A stretch of 64,000 nucleotides of DNA from assembly GCF_023055435.1 (NCBI RefSeq), contig NW_025963813.1, positions 34,348,001-34,412,000 of the forward strand, given 5' to 3'. Shown here piece by piece: positions 52,572-64,000 of this stretch (position 1 is the stretch's first letter; every line of letters begins with the position of its first letter). Source of the stretch: Haliotis rufescens (taxonomy: Eukaryota). The notes under the pieces are model-generated. The model was given only the letters and a program-made list of their open reading frames with translations. It did not search any database and was not told where the DNA came from. The position numbers and the translations under genes were made by a program.

Positions 52572-54725
52572 ATGTCAAAGTATGATATCACAATGAAGGG
52601 AGGTGAAGGCACGACGAAAACGACCAATATGGCTGGTATCGTCCACGACGGGATGGGTAATACCTACACTACCAACCACAACCAAGGTAGTCAACTGAAA
52701 GAGTTTTTGTTCACTATTTGTAACATAGACTTAGTGTCCTGTGGATATATCCCTTTGCTGTTCATATCGATGTCATATTTTGAAATGTTCCATTTAACAG
52801 GGGCGGTCGGTTAGCCTAGTGGTTAAAGCGTTTGCTCGTCACGCCGAAGACCCGGGTTCGATTCTCGACATGGGTACAATGTGTGAAGCCCATTTCTGGT
52901 GGCCCCCGCCGTGACATTACTGGAATATTGCTAAAAGCGGCGTGAAATCAACTCACTCACTCACTCCATTTAACGATTCAAATAATTAAAAAAACACAGA
53001 TTCATAATAAATGTCATACATTAATGTGGTAAAAAAAGACATATATACATTATTTGGCAAGAATATTTCGTTATTTACTGGATTTAAAAAGAAGACAAGC
53101 ATACTGTTTTAACAGGGCTAAATTGAACTTGAAGGACATACAGCATTACATGGGTAACATTGCTAGCACTACGAACACTGGACGCTTATCTCCTTTCTTC
53201 AATACATAAAATAAACGGGAACACTTTGTTTGTTTTGGAAAACACTATGTTAGCTGACCTATGTCTCTTTAGCTATTTTTCGATCTGAATAAATGAAACA
53301 CCCATAGTAGTCTTTAAAAGAAATAAGGCCCTGGACATATGCGTGTGCTCAAACATAATTTTATAACATCATAATACTTAAGTTGCACTGAGAGTGTGTA
53401 GCACCTTTTAAGACAATTAAGAGCGCCTTGAAAGATTTGGTTATATAGCAAGCGTCATTATTATGTCATAGCAGCTCTCATTGCTAGGCATTTATTACGC
53501 GACAGTAGGTGAAAGAAGGGAGCCAGAGCCTAGCTCTTTGTTGTCCCTAAAACTTGAAATACTATACCTTAATTAGTCTATTGTTCTCATGTTTACGGCT
53601 AAAAAGGTATTGCAACATATTTTGAATATTGAATAATTATAAATTATACACAATCCCTTATAAACCCTTTCCATATTGATAAGAGGTCTCTTTAAAACTA
53701 TGAATCAGCAATTGGTCAATATGCTAGTTGCGATGACCAAACAAATAATAAAGACCAAATGAGGATAGCGATTCGCAGGAACACATCCTCCAACATTACA
53801 CGGCTAATATGGTTGGCCTTGCATCCATCACATGTAGCAAATAAAATCAAGATTTGATATCGAATTTAAAAATTAACTGAATTGGTTTCCTATCTCCACA
53901 CATTGATCTAATCATCATTAACATTTCATTCCAGAAAACAGGCAGCAAACATACAATATTGAAAATGCCCAAGGCGTCGTAGGTGGGCAGGACATGCGAG
54001 GCGCATCTGTGAATCAAGGGGGAATCACAGGGCCAAGATCAGGACCCATTGCATACTTCGAAGGAAAAGGTAAATTACTGTTAATCATCTGTGTTACATG
54101 AAACTTTGAACCGCTGATGTATCATTCCAGGATCAATACTTCATTGATAGCCGAAATATGATAAGCTATTATCTTTGCGGAAAAGCTCAAACGTTTTAAA
54201 AACGAAATTCTGCACCCGTATTTATTTTAACTAATAAGAAAAAATATGTTTACTTCTGCACTACAAATAAGTATCCTTCAAAATGTATTCATAGATGCTC
54301 CTGAGACGGAATACTATTAATACAGAATCACTGATCTTAGAGAAACACGCTTCTCATGAATCGTTAATAAGAAAACTGATAAACAATATTTTTTAACCAG
54401 CGCCACAGTGACATACTGTTTCATTGTGTAACATGAAAACCATCAGAGAGCTTCAACGTGACATAACGTGTGGGTTTGGGCTTTTATTATGAAATATATT
54501 TACTACTAAGTTTGCATTCCAGCTCGTTCGGACATCTCTGAGGTGGACATTATTGGTCTCCTACAGGAGAAGAAGCTAGAGAAACACATACCACTGTTCC
54601 AGACACATGGCATTGATGGGGATTTATTGTCTCAGCTCAACGAGGATGAACTTAAAGCCTTTGGCATTGACGACTCGTTTGAAAGGAAGAAAATACTTAA
54701 TCTGAAGAAATTTCTTCCCAAATAA
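52572..54725 (+). CDS. SAM gene 3: two amyloid-like modules + SAM domain (3 coding exons, 150 aa)
   Basis: Exons 52572-52686, 53935-54069 and 54523-54725 are phase 1 and total 453 nt. Protein: MSKYDITMKGGEGTTKTTNMAGIVHDGMGNTYTTNHNQ|ENRQQTYNIENAQGVVGGQDMRGASVNQGGITGPRSGPIAYFEGK|ARSDISEVDIIGLLQEKKLEKHIPLFQTHGIDGDLLSQLNEDELKAFGIDDSFERKKILNLKKFLPK. Confidence 0.85.
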
Positions 54726-57700
54726 TATATTCGCACATTCTTATCGACAATTTAATGAACATGTGCAATGCACTGCCGTGCCGATGCGATGCATGCCAAT
54801 ATGAATTATCTGATGGCTGCTCACTGTATTTAGATCCACAGACACTTCCTTTATCATTTGAACCTTAGTTTTAGCATTGCATAATGTTATCATCCATTAT
54901 AACATAATAAACGTTGAATTTGACAACAGTGTTGTCATATGGAACATGACAGTTCTGAGAATAAGGAAACAACAACAATCATCTCACCCCCCTTCTACGA
55001 ATAAGAAAACAACAGTCATATCATCCACCTTCTCATTCGTATTCATGGAAAAAATACTTCTGCAAATTAAGATCGATTATTTGTAGAAAATAGAAACTGC
55101 AGTGTATGTTTGGGTGCATAAGTAATGCTAAAACTGTGATATGTTATAATAATTACTAGCCTTTTATTGCAATTTATCATCCAAAACTGATAAATCTCAC
55201 ACTCATGTCTTTTGATATAAATTATATCAACACTCGTTTTCCACTTTCATCAATTTGTGTTGATAAATTTGATTTTGATGAGCGTGTTCCCTATTGGTTG
55301 AGTTGTCTGTATTGTATGTGAAAATCACATATTGGAGAAGTTCTTCATCCGTAGGGACACGGATGGCGCCGCGATTTGCTCTGCAGAGTTGCGTCCCTTG
55401 GGCACGCCAGAAACCTACGATTGTGGGTTTGAATCCCGGTTCGCCCCGATTATGTTTCTAGGTTTGTCAGCACACTCTGGTGAGATTATCTTTATCTTAA
55501 GATTTTGATAAGCGTGTTCCCTATTTGTTGAGTTGTCTGTATTGTATGTGAAAATCACATATTGGAGTAGTTCTTCATCACTAGGGGGGTTGGGGGGGAG
55601 GGGGGGCACTTTGTTAATTAGGGGGCACGGGTGGCCCAGTCGTCTAAGGCCCCGCGATTCGCTGTGCAGAGTTGCGTCCCTTGGGCACGCCAGAAACCTA
55701 TGATTGTGGGTTCGAATACCGGTTCGCCCCGATTATGTTTCTAGGTTTGTCAGCACCATACCCGTGCTCGTTGGTTTCACCGAGGTGGTAAACGTCTGAG
55801 ACCTGCATCACTTCGGGCTTTCCTCCCACATTAAGCTGACACACCGCGATATAACTGGAATACTGTTAAAAGCGGCGTTAAACAGAACTCACTCTCTTTC
55901 TTCATCCGTGGTCCAAATATTTCGAGTAAACGTGGTCTAAATTGTATTCCACAGTTGGTTGCAAAACGAATACACGCTTTACACTTTTTCCTTTACTTAT
56001 AAGCAAAAGAATCTCTGTACTGGTACAAAGTAGGCTTAATTTCATTTTCTTAACGGATCGGTTTTCTGATTCATCTATCACTTGATTGTCTGGCCTGTTT
56101 TCAGGCTGCCGTCACATGGCTGTGCGGCGTCAGGTAATGAATGCTTGCTTGTTTATGCAACTGGTGTGAATGCCACTGGACATGCTTACCCTTTTTGAGA
56201 ATACCTGGTGTCATCACTGATTTTCACTAGTCCATTCATAAAACGGTCACAGCTATTTTGCCCTTACGCCAAGTGGAGTCTGCTTCGGTGGATATTCAAC
56301 ACTGGTTATTCTCCTTTGCATTGACATTGTACATTTACATATTTTATGCACCTCCTGGTTACTTTCGAAGTTCATATAATACTGGTTAAATAAGATTTAA
56401 TCCAGGTGAATAAAAGCGACAAAACCCTTTCCATATTCATGAGAAGTCTCTGCCACAAGCAATGTCGATCTTGAATCATATCAATTCGTGTCCAATGTTG
56501 AAGATTTGTTGTGAATAACTTCAATAATATCTCCATTCACTCAACAACAGTTAGAGAATCTTTCAATACACCTACACTATTCAAAAGCCTTCAACTACTC
56601 AGTGTGGGACAATGTGACTGATTTATTTATACCCTGCACGGTCATAGTGAGGGTTTTGCAATGGATGAATGCATGCTCTCCTCAGGAAAGACTGAATCAG
56701 ATCACTGTGAAGGGGACACATAAATATAGTGTTTTAAACCGTCTGGTGGCGTTATTTCAGAACCTGCAGGTGAAAACATTTTGACGAAGTTTTCAAAACA
56801 GCATTTCTGATTTCAACGACTTAAAACGACAATTTCTGAACCTATATCTACATCATCATATTTTTATGCACCACAATGGTATGCACGTCAAAAAGGTAGC
56901 ACCCCGAAAGACATATGTCTTTTCTGTGTGGATTTTCATTGGTACAAATCGATATTTCTGAATCGAGAAATACGTGCGTCAATATATGTTACCCTTAGGG
57001 TTATACAAATTCGATCCTAGAATAACCTGGCTGTTAAATGTATCACTGCCTCTTTTCTTAAATCACTTTTTCGTCTTGTGTCTTCCAAAAATGTCAGTGT
57101 CAAATAACCATCCAAATATCGACAGCCAATCGAACGCAATTGGGAATCTAAGTCAGTGTATGTCAAAACGTTCATTATATGTGACATCATAACAAAGCAG
57201 TTCAGCAGTTTTTTACGTCTTTTTTCAGTTGGGCCATCATTACCAGTCGTCGCCCCTTCTGCACACCGGGAGTGTTACTAAACAAATACAACTCGTGATT
57301 GAGCCACATTCAAAACAAGAGACAAAAAAATCCATTTGCAGTTCGTATCAAAAACAAATGCAATAACACAGCAGTTATTTCAAATAGATTTCGTGGAAAG
57401 ATTTCAGTGTCACTATCTGTTTCGGATTACATACACTTAAAAAAACCAGTTAGGGATCATAAATCTTTCAGGGGACAGTTGGGATATTTTTTAAACAGGT
57501 ACAACTCGTGATTGAGTCACTTTCAACAGAGAAAAGACCTCTCGTTCGATTGAAGGTTTAAATTCGCTTATCACTGAAATGATTGTGAAGAAAGATATCA
57601 GTGTCACTATCAATCTCTCGTGATGCTGATTTCAAATATACTCACCACTTAATTGAAAGCGTCAACAAAAGGGAATAATCAGTTTCCTTAATGTTTCTGT

Positions 57701-58428
57701 TATGATTTGGTTTGTTTGTTTGTTGTTTAACACCGCACTCAGCAATATTCCAGCTATACGACGGCTTCTGTTATGAGCACACATGAGATGAACCGACAAC
57801 ATCGATAGCGTTCACACAATAGGTGTACAGTCCGTTCCTACTTAATACTAAACGTCTGCAATTCAATATCAACCAGTTGGTTGACACAAGACTCACACAC
57901 CCTTGCTCTTTTTTGCCTGATATAAGCCTAAATAATCATATGCTTTTTGTCATTTGAGACATGATGTAAGTCAGTGATGACATCAGAATTGAAGTTAGAA
58001 TTGTTTTTTATTGACACAAATCATGACGTTCCGTAATTTACGGAAGGTATTTTCCAGGAAAGTGGTTGTAAATATGTTAATATATGATGACTGGTATGTA
58101 ATAGCGAGGCTCATTGCATGAAGAGCCCTTCAGGAGCAAGGTAGGTTAACCTTCTTGTCATACACAGATCTGTGTTTTTTTAAGTTTAAACTTATCCAAC
58201 AGCTTTGATATAATAAGAAATTAAATGTATTCCGCTTGTGTGTAGCCACTAGTAGACATTTGGTCGTAGCCCAGTATGTGTATTTCTGTTCCAGGTTGTC
58301 AAAAGCGCAATACAGTTCGACAATGAAACGCCATGATAGAAACATGTTGAAATGTTGTCGCCTATTCTGTACTTGTGACGTTATATCGCTCATCATGCCT
58401 GTTTATCCTTGTTTATTCAGAAAACAAA

Positions 58429-60324
58429 ATGTCAAAAATCACAGCTACGGGAGTTGCAGGCGGCACGGTGGAAAAGTCCAATGTTGCTGGTATTAATTAC
58501 GGCGAGATGAGCAATAGGGTCACTACCACCCATAACCAAGGTAGTCAACTCAAAAAGTTTACGATTAATAACATAGGTTTAGTGTATTATGCATTTTTAT
58601 TACAATGTTATGTTCATTGAAATGTCCTTTAATTATTGTTTTCAACAACACCGACTAATCACGTATATATTGCACTTTAATGTGATGAAAAAAACCAACA
58701 TGACATGTATTCATTATTTATGTATAATTCGTTATTGGTATATCATTTTTAACTGATTTAATGAGGAACCATCATTTTGGCACCCGGTATTCACAATTAT
58801 TTTCCATTAAACACATAATCATATGACGGAAGATGGTCATTATCGAATAATAATCATAGACCTAGCTAGATATATTGTAGTCCGAACAAAAGTATTTTCT
58901 TCATTGTCATCCTATAATTTTGTGACCGTCAACATGGCCTTTGGATGAGAGTTGGGTGCCACAACAGACGACTTAATGTCTCCCAACATATACTTTAGTA
59001 TTCTTTATCCTCAAGTCGCATTTACGACACGCATTCTAACTTGTTAACACAAAGTTAGTACCTCTAAATACAACTTAGCAGACCTTGAAAGGTTTAGCTC
59101 TATTACACAAGCCACAATAATGTCGTCACAACGCTCATTGAAAACATTTGAAGTCCCAGCTCTCTGTTGTCCACAAAACTTAGTCGACTGCTAATGTGTT
59201 TTCTGCTGAAAATGTATTCCCATTCATGTTTTGAATATTAAATTATAATAAACAAAAGCAACAAGAAGAAATACAGAGCTCAATGTACGATGCTGGGAAG
59301 ACCACAAGCATGTGTTTATAAATCAAACTTTGGTCAATGCATTCGTTGTAAAATACTAACAAGTATTAAAAGTAATTTATATTCAATCCCAATATGTAAT
59401 AATATGTACATTTTACATTCCAGGAAGTCGACAAATCACAAACCAAGGTAATATAGGTAATATTGCCACAGGTGATAACCACAGGGGGAATATGGCTGCT
59501 TCAGTCGGTGGCCAACCTGCAGCTGGTGGCACAAGAGGTAAGGCTTGTCAAGGACGGATCTTCTTTGTTTGCTGTTTAACGCCGCACTCAGCAATATTCC
59601 AGCTATACGACGGCGTTCAGTAAAAAAATCGAGTCTGGACCAGACAATCCAGTGATTGACATCATGAGCATAGATCCACGCAATTGGGATGCGATGACAT
59701 TCATCAAACAAGTCAACTAGCCTGACCACCCGATCCCGTTAGTCGCCTCTAACGACAGCATAGTCGCCTTTTACGTTAAGCATTGGTTGCTGAAGGCCTA
59801 CTTTACCAGGGATCTTCACGAGTCTACAGGACAGATCTCTATTGTATTACAGCCGAAATTCATGTATACATTAATTTGATATTTTACACTGTTGACCTTT
59901 TCTCAAATTCAATTGTAATATGTTTTGCTTTTATAAACCCATGGTATATAAGATATATATCCTTATGCGATTACTATTGTGGGTATTCAATGGTGTGTTT
60001 GTCAAACTGGTTTCTTTTATAAATCTTCGGGTAAATGGTTCTAATGAATACAATGTACTCATGATAATACTTGTGACATCGAGAGGCATACCTGTAATTG
60101 ACATTATTCATCTTGAACAGATCCTAGAGCACTCACTCCAGGAGAACTGATAAACCTTCTGAGGGAGCTCCAGCAATGCGGACACTATTAAGAGTTTTGA
60201 GACACATAATGTTGACGGGCGATTGTTCATGGACCTAGATGATGAACTTCTTGTCGATCTTGAGATTAACAGCAGGATAGAACAAAGGAAGCTCAAGCGT
60301 TGAAAGGAAGACCTCATTCAGTGA
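58429..60324 (+). pseudogene. SAM gene 4: intact N-terminal modules, frameshifted SAM exon (pseudogene or truncated form)
   Basis: Exons 58429-58540 (MSKITATGVAGGTVEKSNVAGINYGEMSNRVTTTHNQ), 59424-59537 (GSRQITNQGNIGNIATGDNHRGNMAASVGGQPAAGGTR) and 60121 onward (DPRALTPGELINLLRELQQCGHY*, stop at 60189-60191). The SAM core continues in the +1 frame as SNADTIKSFETHNVDGRLFMDLDDELLVDLEINSRIEQRKLKR*KEDLIQ*. Confidence 0.75.
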
Positions 60325-63300
60325 ACTGGATTTACATTACCAAAGAAGCAAGTGAATAACTGTGTTCGCCTTCTCGCTGTGGATACACTTCGCAGTGAAT
60401 AGGAAGGTTTGCAAACATAAGTCCTCATGAAATATAAAAAATAAGCCAATTTCGTTTATTTAATTGTATTTTGTACTTTTCAAATATTAAATAATACACT
60501 TGCATTTCTGCTGCTGTGTTGTGTTTGTTTTTCAATGCAAATGAGCCCTCAGGAGATTACAACTTGAGGGCTAGCTGGCCGTGTCCTCGCATGCCAACAA
60601 TTTGAATGACTTTCGCATTTATAGAAAAAGTACTCAAATGATCAACACCGGGATATCAAAACACATATGAACTTCATCCCTTAAAACCAATGACATGCGA
60701 TTCTATTCTTAATTGCTGACATCGAAACAAGATCACTTTTTGTGTTGCTTTGATTTTCAAGGTGTATTAATTGACCCATTTATCTTCAATTCCTCAGGAA
60801 AAGCTTCCTGGTGCGTCCGAAACATATTGCACGGTCTCGGTATAAAAACTTCTTAGCCATCGTATTTGCGAATTCATGATGCATACTGATACGACAAGCA
60901 TCCGTTGCTGAAGATCGTTGCCACGTTGGGCACCGTCTGGTTCAGACTTGAATGGGTGATGGTCGATATTGGACGAATTCCGTCACGAGTTATTGTAATA
61001 TTCGTTGTCAGATTTATCAGATTGTGTTTAAGCTTAGGTTATCTTTGATTGGTTTTATTCTGCTTTGAGGTTACATCCAAACACCGGAAATACAAGTTGT
61101 TAATGACCGAGGGTTGTTTTTCTGACATGATGCATGTAGAGGTTATCGTGAAATTATGATGCTATTATCGATCTTTCACCCAACTTCGTACATCCGTTTC
61201 AGTGGGTGATACAACATATGACATAAAACTTTGTGTTGTTTCACATATTGTTTTTTTTAAATATTTATCCACACATGCTCCCCTGAGCATATTAAAAACA
61301 CATTGATATCGGTTATTACTTACATATTGACGAGTTTCAAGTTGCAAAAAACTCTTCTTTTATTTAAAATCTCTGTATTGTCCTTTACATATGTATTTAT
61401 AACAACAAAGTTCGTGGAAACGTTACACTTTTCAATAACATTGACTAACGATGGATCTATTTATAATGATTACTTTGATACCCCGGCTCAGTAGTAGTCA
61501 GCAATGGATTCGTAAGCATGGGACCTATGGTCTATTTTAAGTTGTTTTTGTATCGCCATGGCTGCAATATCGACTATAGCGTATTTTAACACGCTGTACA
61601 TTACAATAGTGAATGATATCGATTATGTCATGAATTATGATTGCAGCCCTTCAGAAACATGGATGTGTATTTGTAGTTGAAGATAACATCCTAGGGCGAC
61701 AGAATGTACAAACTTTTTCGGTATATGTCCTTGAAGGTTCATCTAAATCTGGAACACATTTTCCAAAGTAGAAGGATGTCCAAATCTAGTCCATACTGAT
61801 CCATACTTAGTTTCCATACAGCTCAAACTTTTAAAGTACAAAATATTTATTTCATGTAATATCCCAAACAGTGTCAATCAAAGAATCAATATATCAAGTA
61901 TATTTTTGTATAAGGCATTGGGCCAATGTACAAAAGAAATGAACAAAAAGGTTCCACTTTAGTAAGTTTCTAAATTTCATGGTTCTCAAGTATACACATA
62001 AGAGGCACTTAATACTCGAAAATTCTCGAAATTCGACCCGTGAAGATCCGGGGTAAAGGCGCCTATGCTTGTCGTTAGAGGGGACTAACGGGATCGGGTG
62101 GGTTGCTGAAAACCAATTATCCCCGAATCTTCGTAAGTTTATGTAACCCATACAAATTAATGCCAAATGATGATGTTTTGTTGTGAGCACCTTAAATAGG
62201 ATTTTCTTTAACTCCAGGCATTTAGAGAAAAAAAATTTAACACACCCTTCACTATTTAAACAATCAACAACCTTTCAGTGCTGGAGGATGTTACTCATCT
62301 ATGTATTCCAGTACCGTCATGGTTAGACAGATCCTCAATGTGTGATTCACTTACTCCAACAAAACAGAAAAAAACTACCCTGTTTATGTATGTTTATACA
62401 TACTGGTTTAACTATATAAACACTTCATTTCCTTTTACGTGGATCCGTTTAGGGAGATATATAGTGTTCAAAAGCTTTTCCTAACCTCAATGTAAGGCAT
62501 TGTATGTTTGAAGACCACTTCTCTTTCACAGAAACCGTCTATTCTTCTATTGGCCATGATATATAATCATTTACTAAGGAATAACAAATTACTGGTAGTT
62601 TTCGTTCAGTCAGCACGCGAGAAGACCTTATCCATAAAGACGATTCATTTAAGCATGACAGTTTTCATGGAAAATTTACGTTTTTTGTGTGACCAACACA
62701 CCTTCTATCATACACGCAGCAAAACCAACATTCCATAAATGATGATAACTTGTTATCTGTTTTCTCTAAATGTAGGGATTCCGGTGTTAGAATATGTCCC
62801 AAGCAACTTTAGTTCTCGGTAGGAGTGAAGCATTCAAAACCAACATTTCTGATTCTGTATCTCACAATGAATTAAAACGACAAGTTTCCGAATGTATTCA
62901 AGCGTCAACACAATGCTGTGCACATTCCCGAGGAACGCAATGAATGGGTTAATCGATATAAATGAACGGGCTCTGGGATTGACATGCACAATGTGTTACC
63001 TCAAATAATGTTGAAACGTATGAACTTATTCAGATAAAATTTAAGCATACACAAAGTTTACCGTGCTAGTATTTAATCGATAACATACAGCAAAGTGTAA
63101 GTCAGTTAATGTGCCATAACATAAACATAAATTTAAATCCACGTCACGTGCACGAAACTAAAAATAAGTCCATGTCACAAAAAATCAATAATTTCAGTAC
63201 ACAGACTACTATCACATCACTAGGATACAAATACCAAAGCAGCCAGGATATTTGTTCCGCAAAAGGTAATGCTTTATTTCATAAGTAACTCAACTCAATT

Positions 63301-63742
63301 AAATAAGAAGACCTTTATGAAGGAGTTGAAAGAGAGTACAATTTAAGAATATATCAGAACCGATGTGGTTTTGATTGACATATAGTTTTGAATGTTTGAA
63401 TTATCGACAGCTTATTCCAAAGCGGACACGAATTGTTAACTTTCGTTTGTAATGTCATTAGGGTATGCAGGTTGGCATTTTGATTAGTAATTTGTTTATG
63501 GATTATTTATTTCCATACCATAAACAATCTGTATTTACTCTTATTGAAGAACATGTAACTTCAACATTATCGGCACAACAATGTAATGACGCTCGATACA
63601 TGTTAGGTGCCACAGTGTTGGACATATAAATCAACTTCTGCAGGTCAAATCTACTTCGGAATAACCAGGTGTTAGTACAGTCTGTAAATGGTGTACCAGT
63701 GTGGTTGTAATGTGTGTGTTCTGTTTGATTACAGGTTGAACA

Positions 63743-63845
63743 ATGGCAACAATTGAAGTGACAGGGGTAGACGGAAAAGCTAAGGTGAAAAACTCAAGAG
63801 CGGTTGGGATTCAAAACAGTGACGGAGAACTTCCATCACAGATAG
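63743..63845 (+). CDS. SAM gene 5, first coding exon (paralogue of gene 2; continues beyond window)
   Basis: Acceptor TTACAG ends at 63734. Protein MATIEVTGVDGKAKVKNSRAVGIQNSDGELPSQI ends at a phase-1 donor G|GTATAT, the same 103-nt length as gene 2 exon 1. Upstream 63130-63740 is colinear with 48680-49530. Confidence 0.8.
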
Positions 63846-64000
63846 GTATATAATGTTTCTATATCTGTAATTTTGTTCTCACTTTTCAATGATGGCAATT
63901 GTTTATTCATATTTACTTTTCACATGAACACTTTAATTCTTCGTTCGTTCGTTTGTTGTTCAACGCCGCACTCAGCAATATTCCAGCTATATGGACTGTA

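Overview
AT-rich, intron-containing eukaryotic DNA, dense in SINEs, MITEs and minisatellites. The repeat content suggests a marine mollusc, possibly an abalone-like gastropod; this is inference only. The left half holds decayed mobile elements (a tyrosine-recombinase element, hAT, L1/Tx1, Helentron-like repeats), two minisatellites and a heparan sulfate 3-O-sulfotransferase gene with a single coding exon (26067-27034, one-base frameshift in a T run). The main result lies at about 44.2-64 kb, where the ORF track shows only fragments. Manual splicing reveals a tandem + strand array of five small paralogous genes; the three intact ones encode 150-179 aa. Each complete gene has two or three short Gly/Asn/Val/Ile/Thr-rich exon modules followed by one C-terminal SAM domain exon. 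The modules resemble amyloid-signalling (RHIM/HET-s-like beta-arch) motifs. Every coding intron is phase 1. One copy is a chimera of its two neighbours, one has a broken SAM exon, and one runs off the window. STAT(GAS)-, CRE- and kappaB-like motifs sit upstream of the genes. This looks like a candidate, fast-evolving 'amyloid motif + SAM' polymerising immune adaptor family. The gene structures come from the sequence; the function is inferred.
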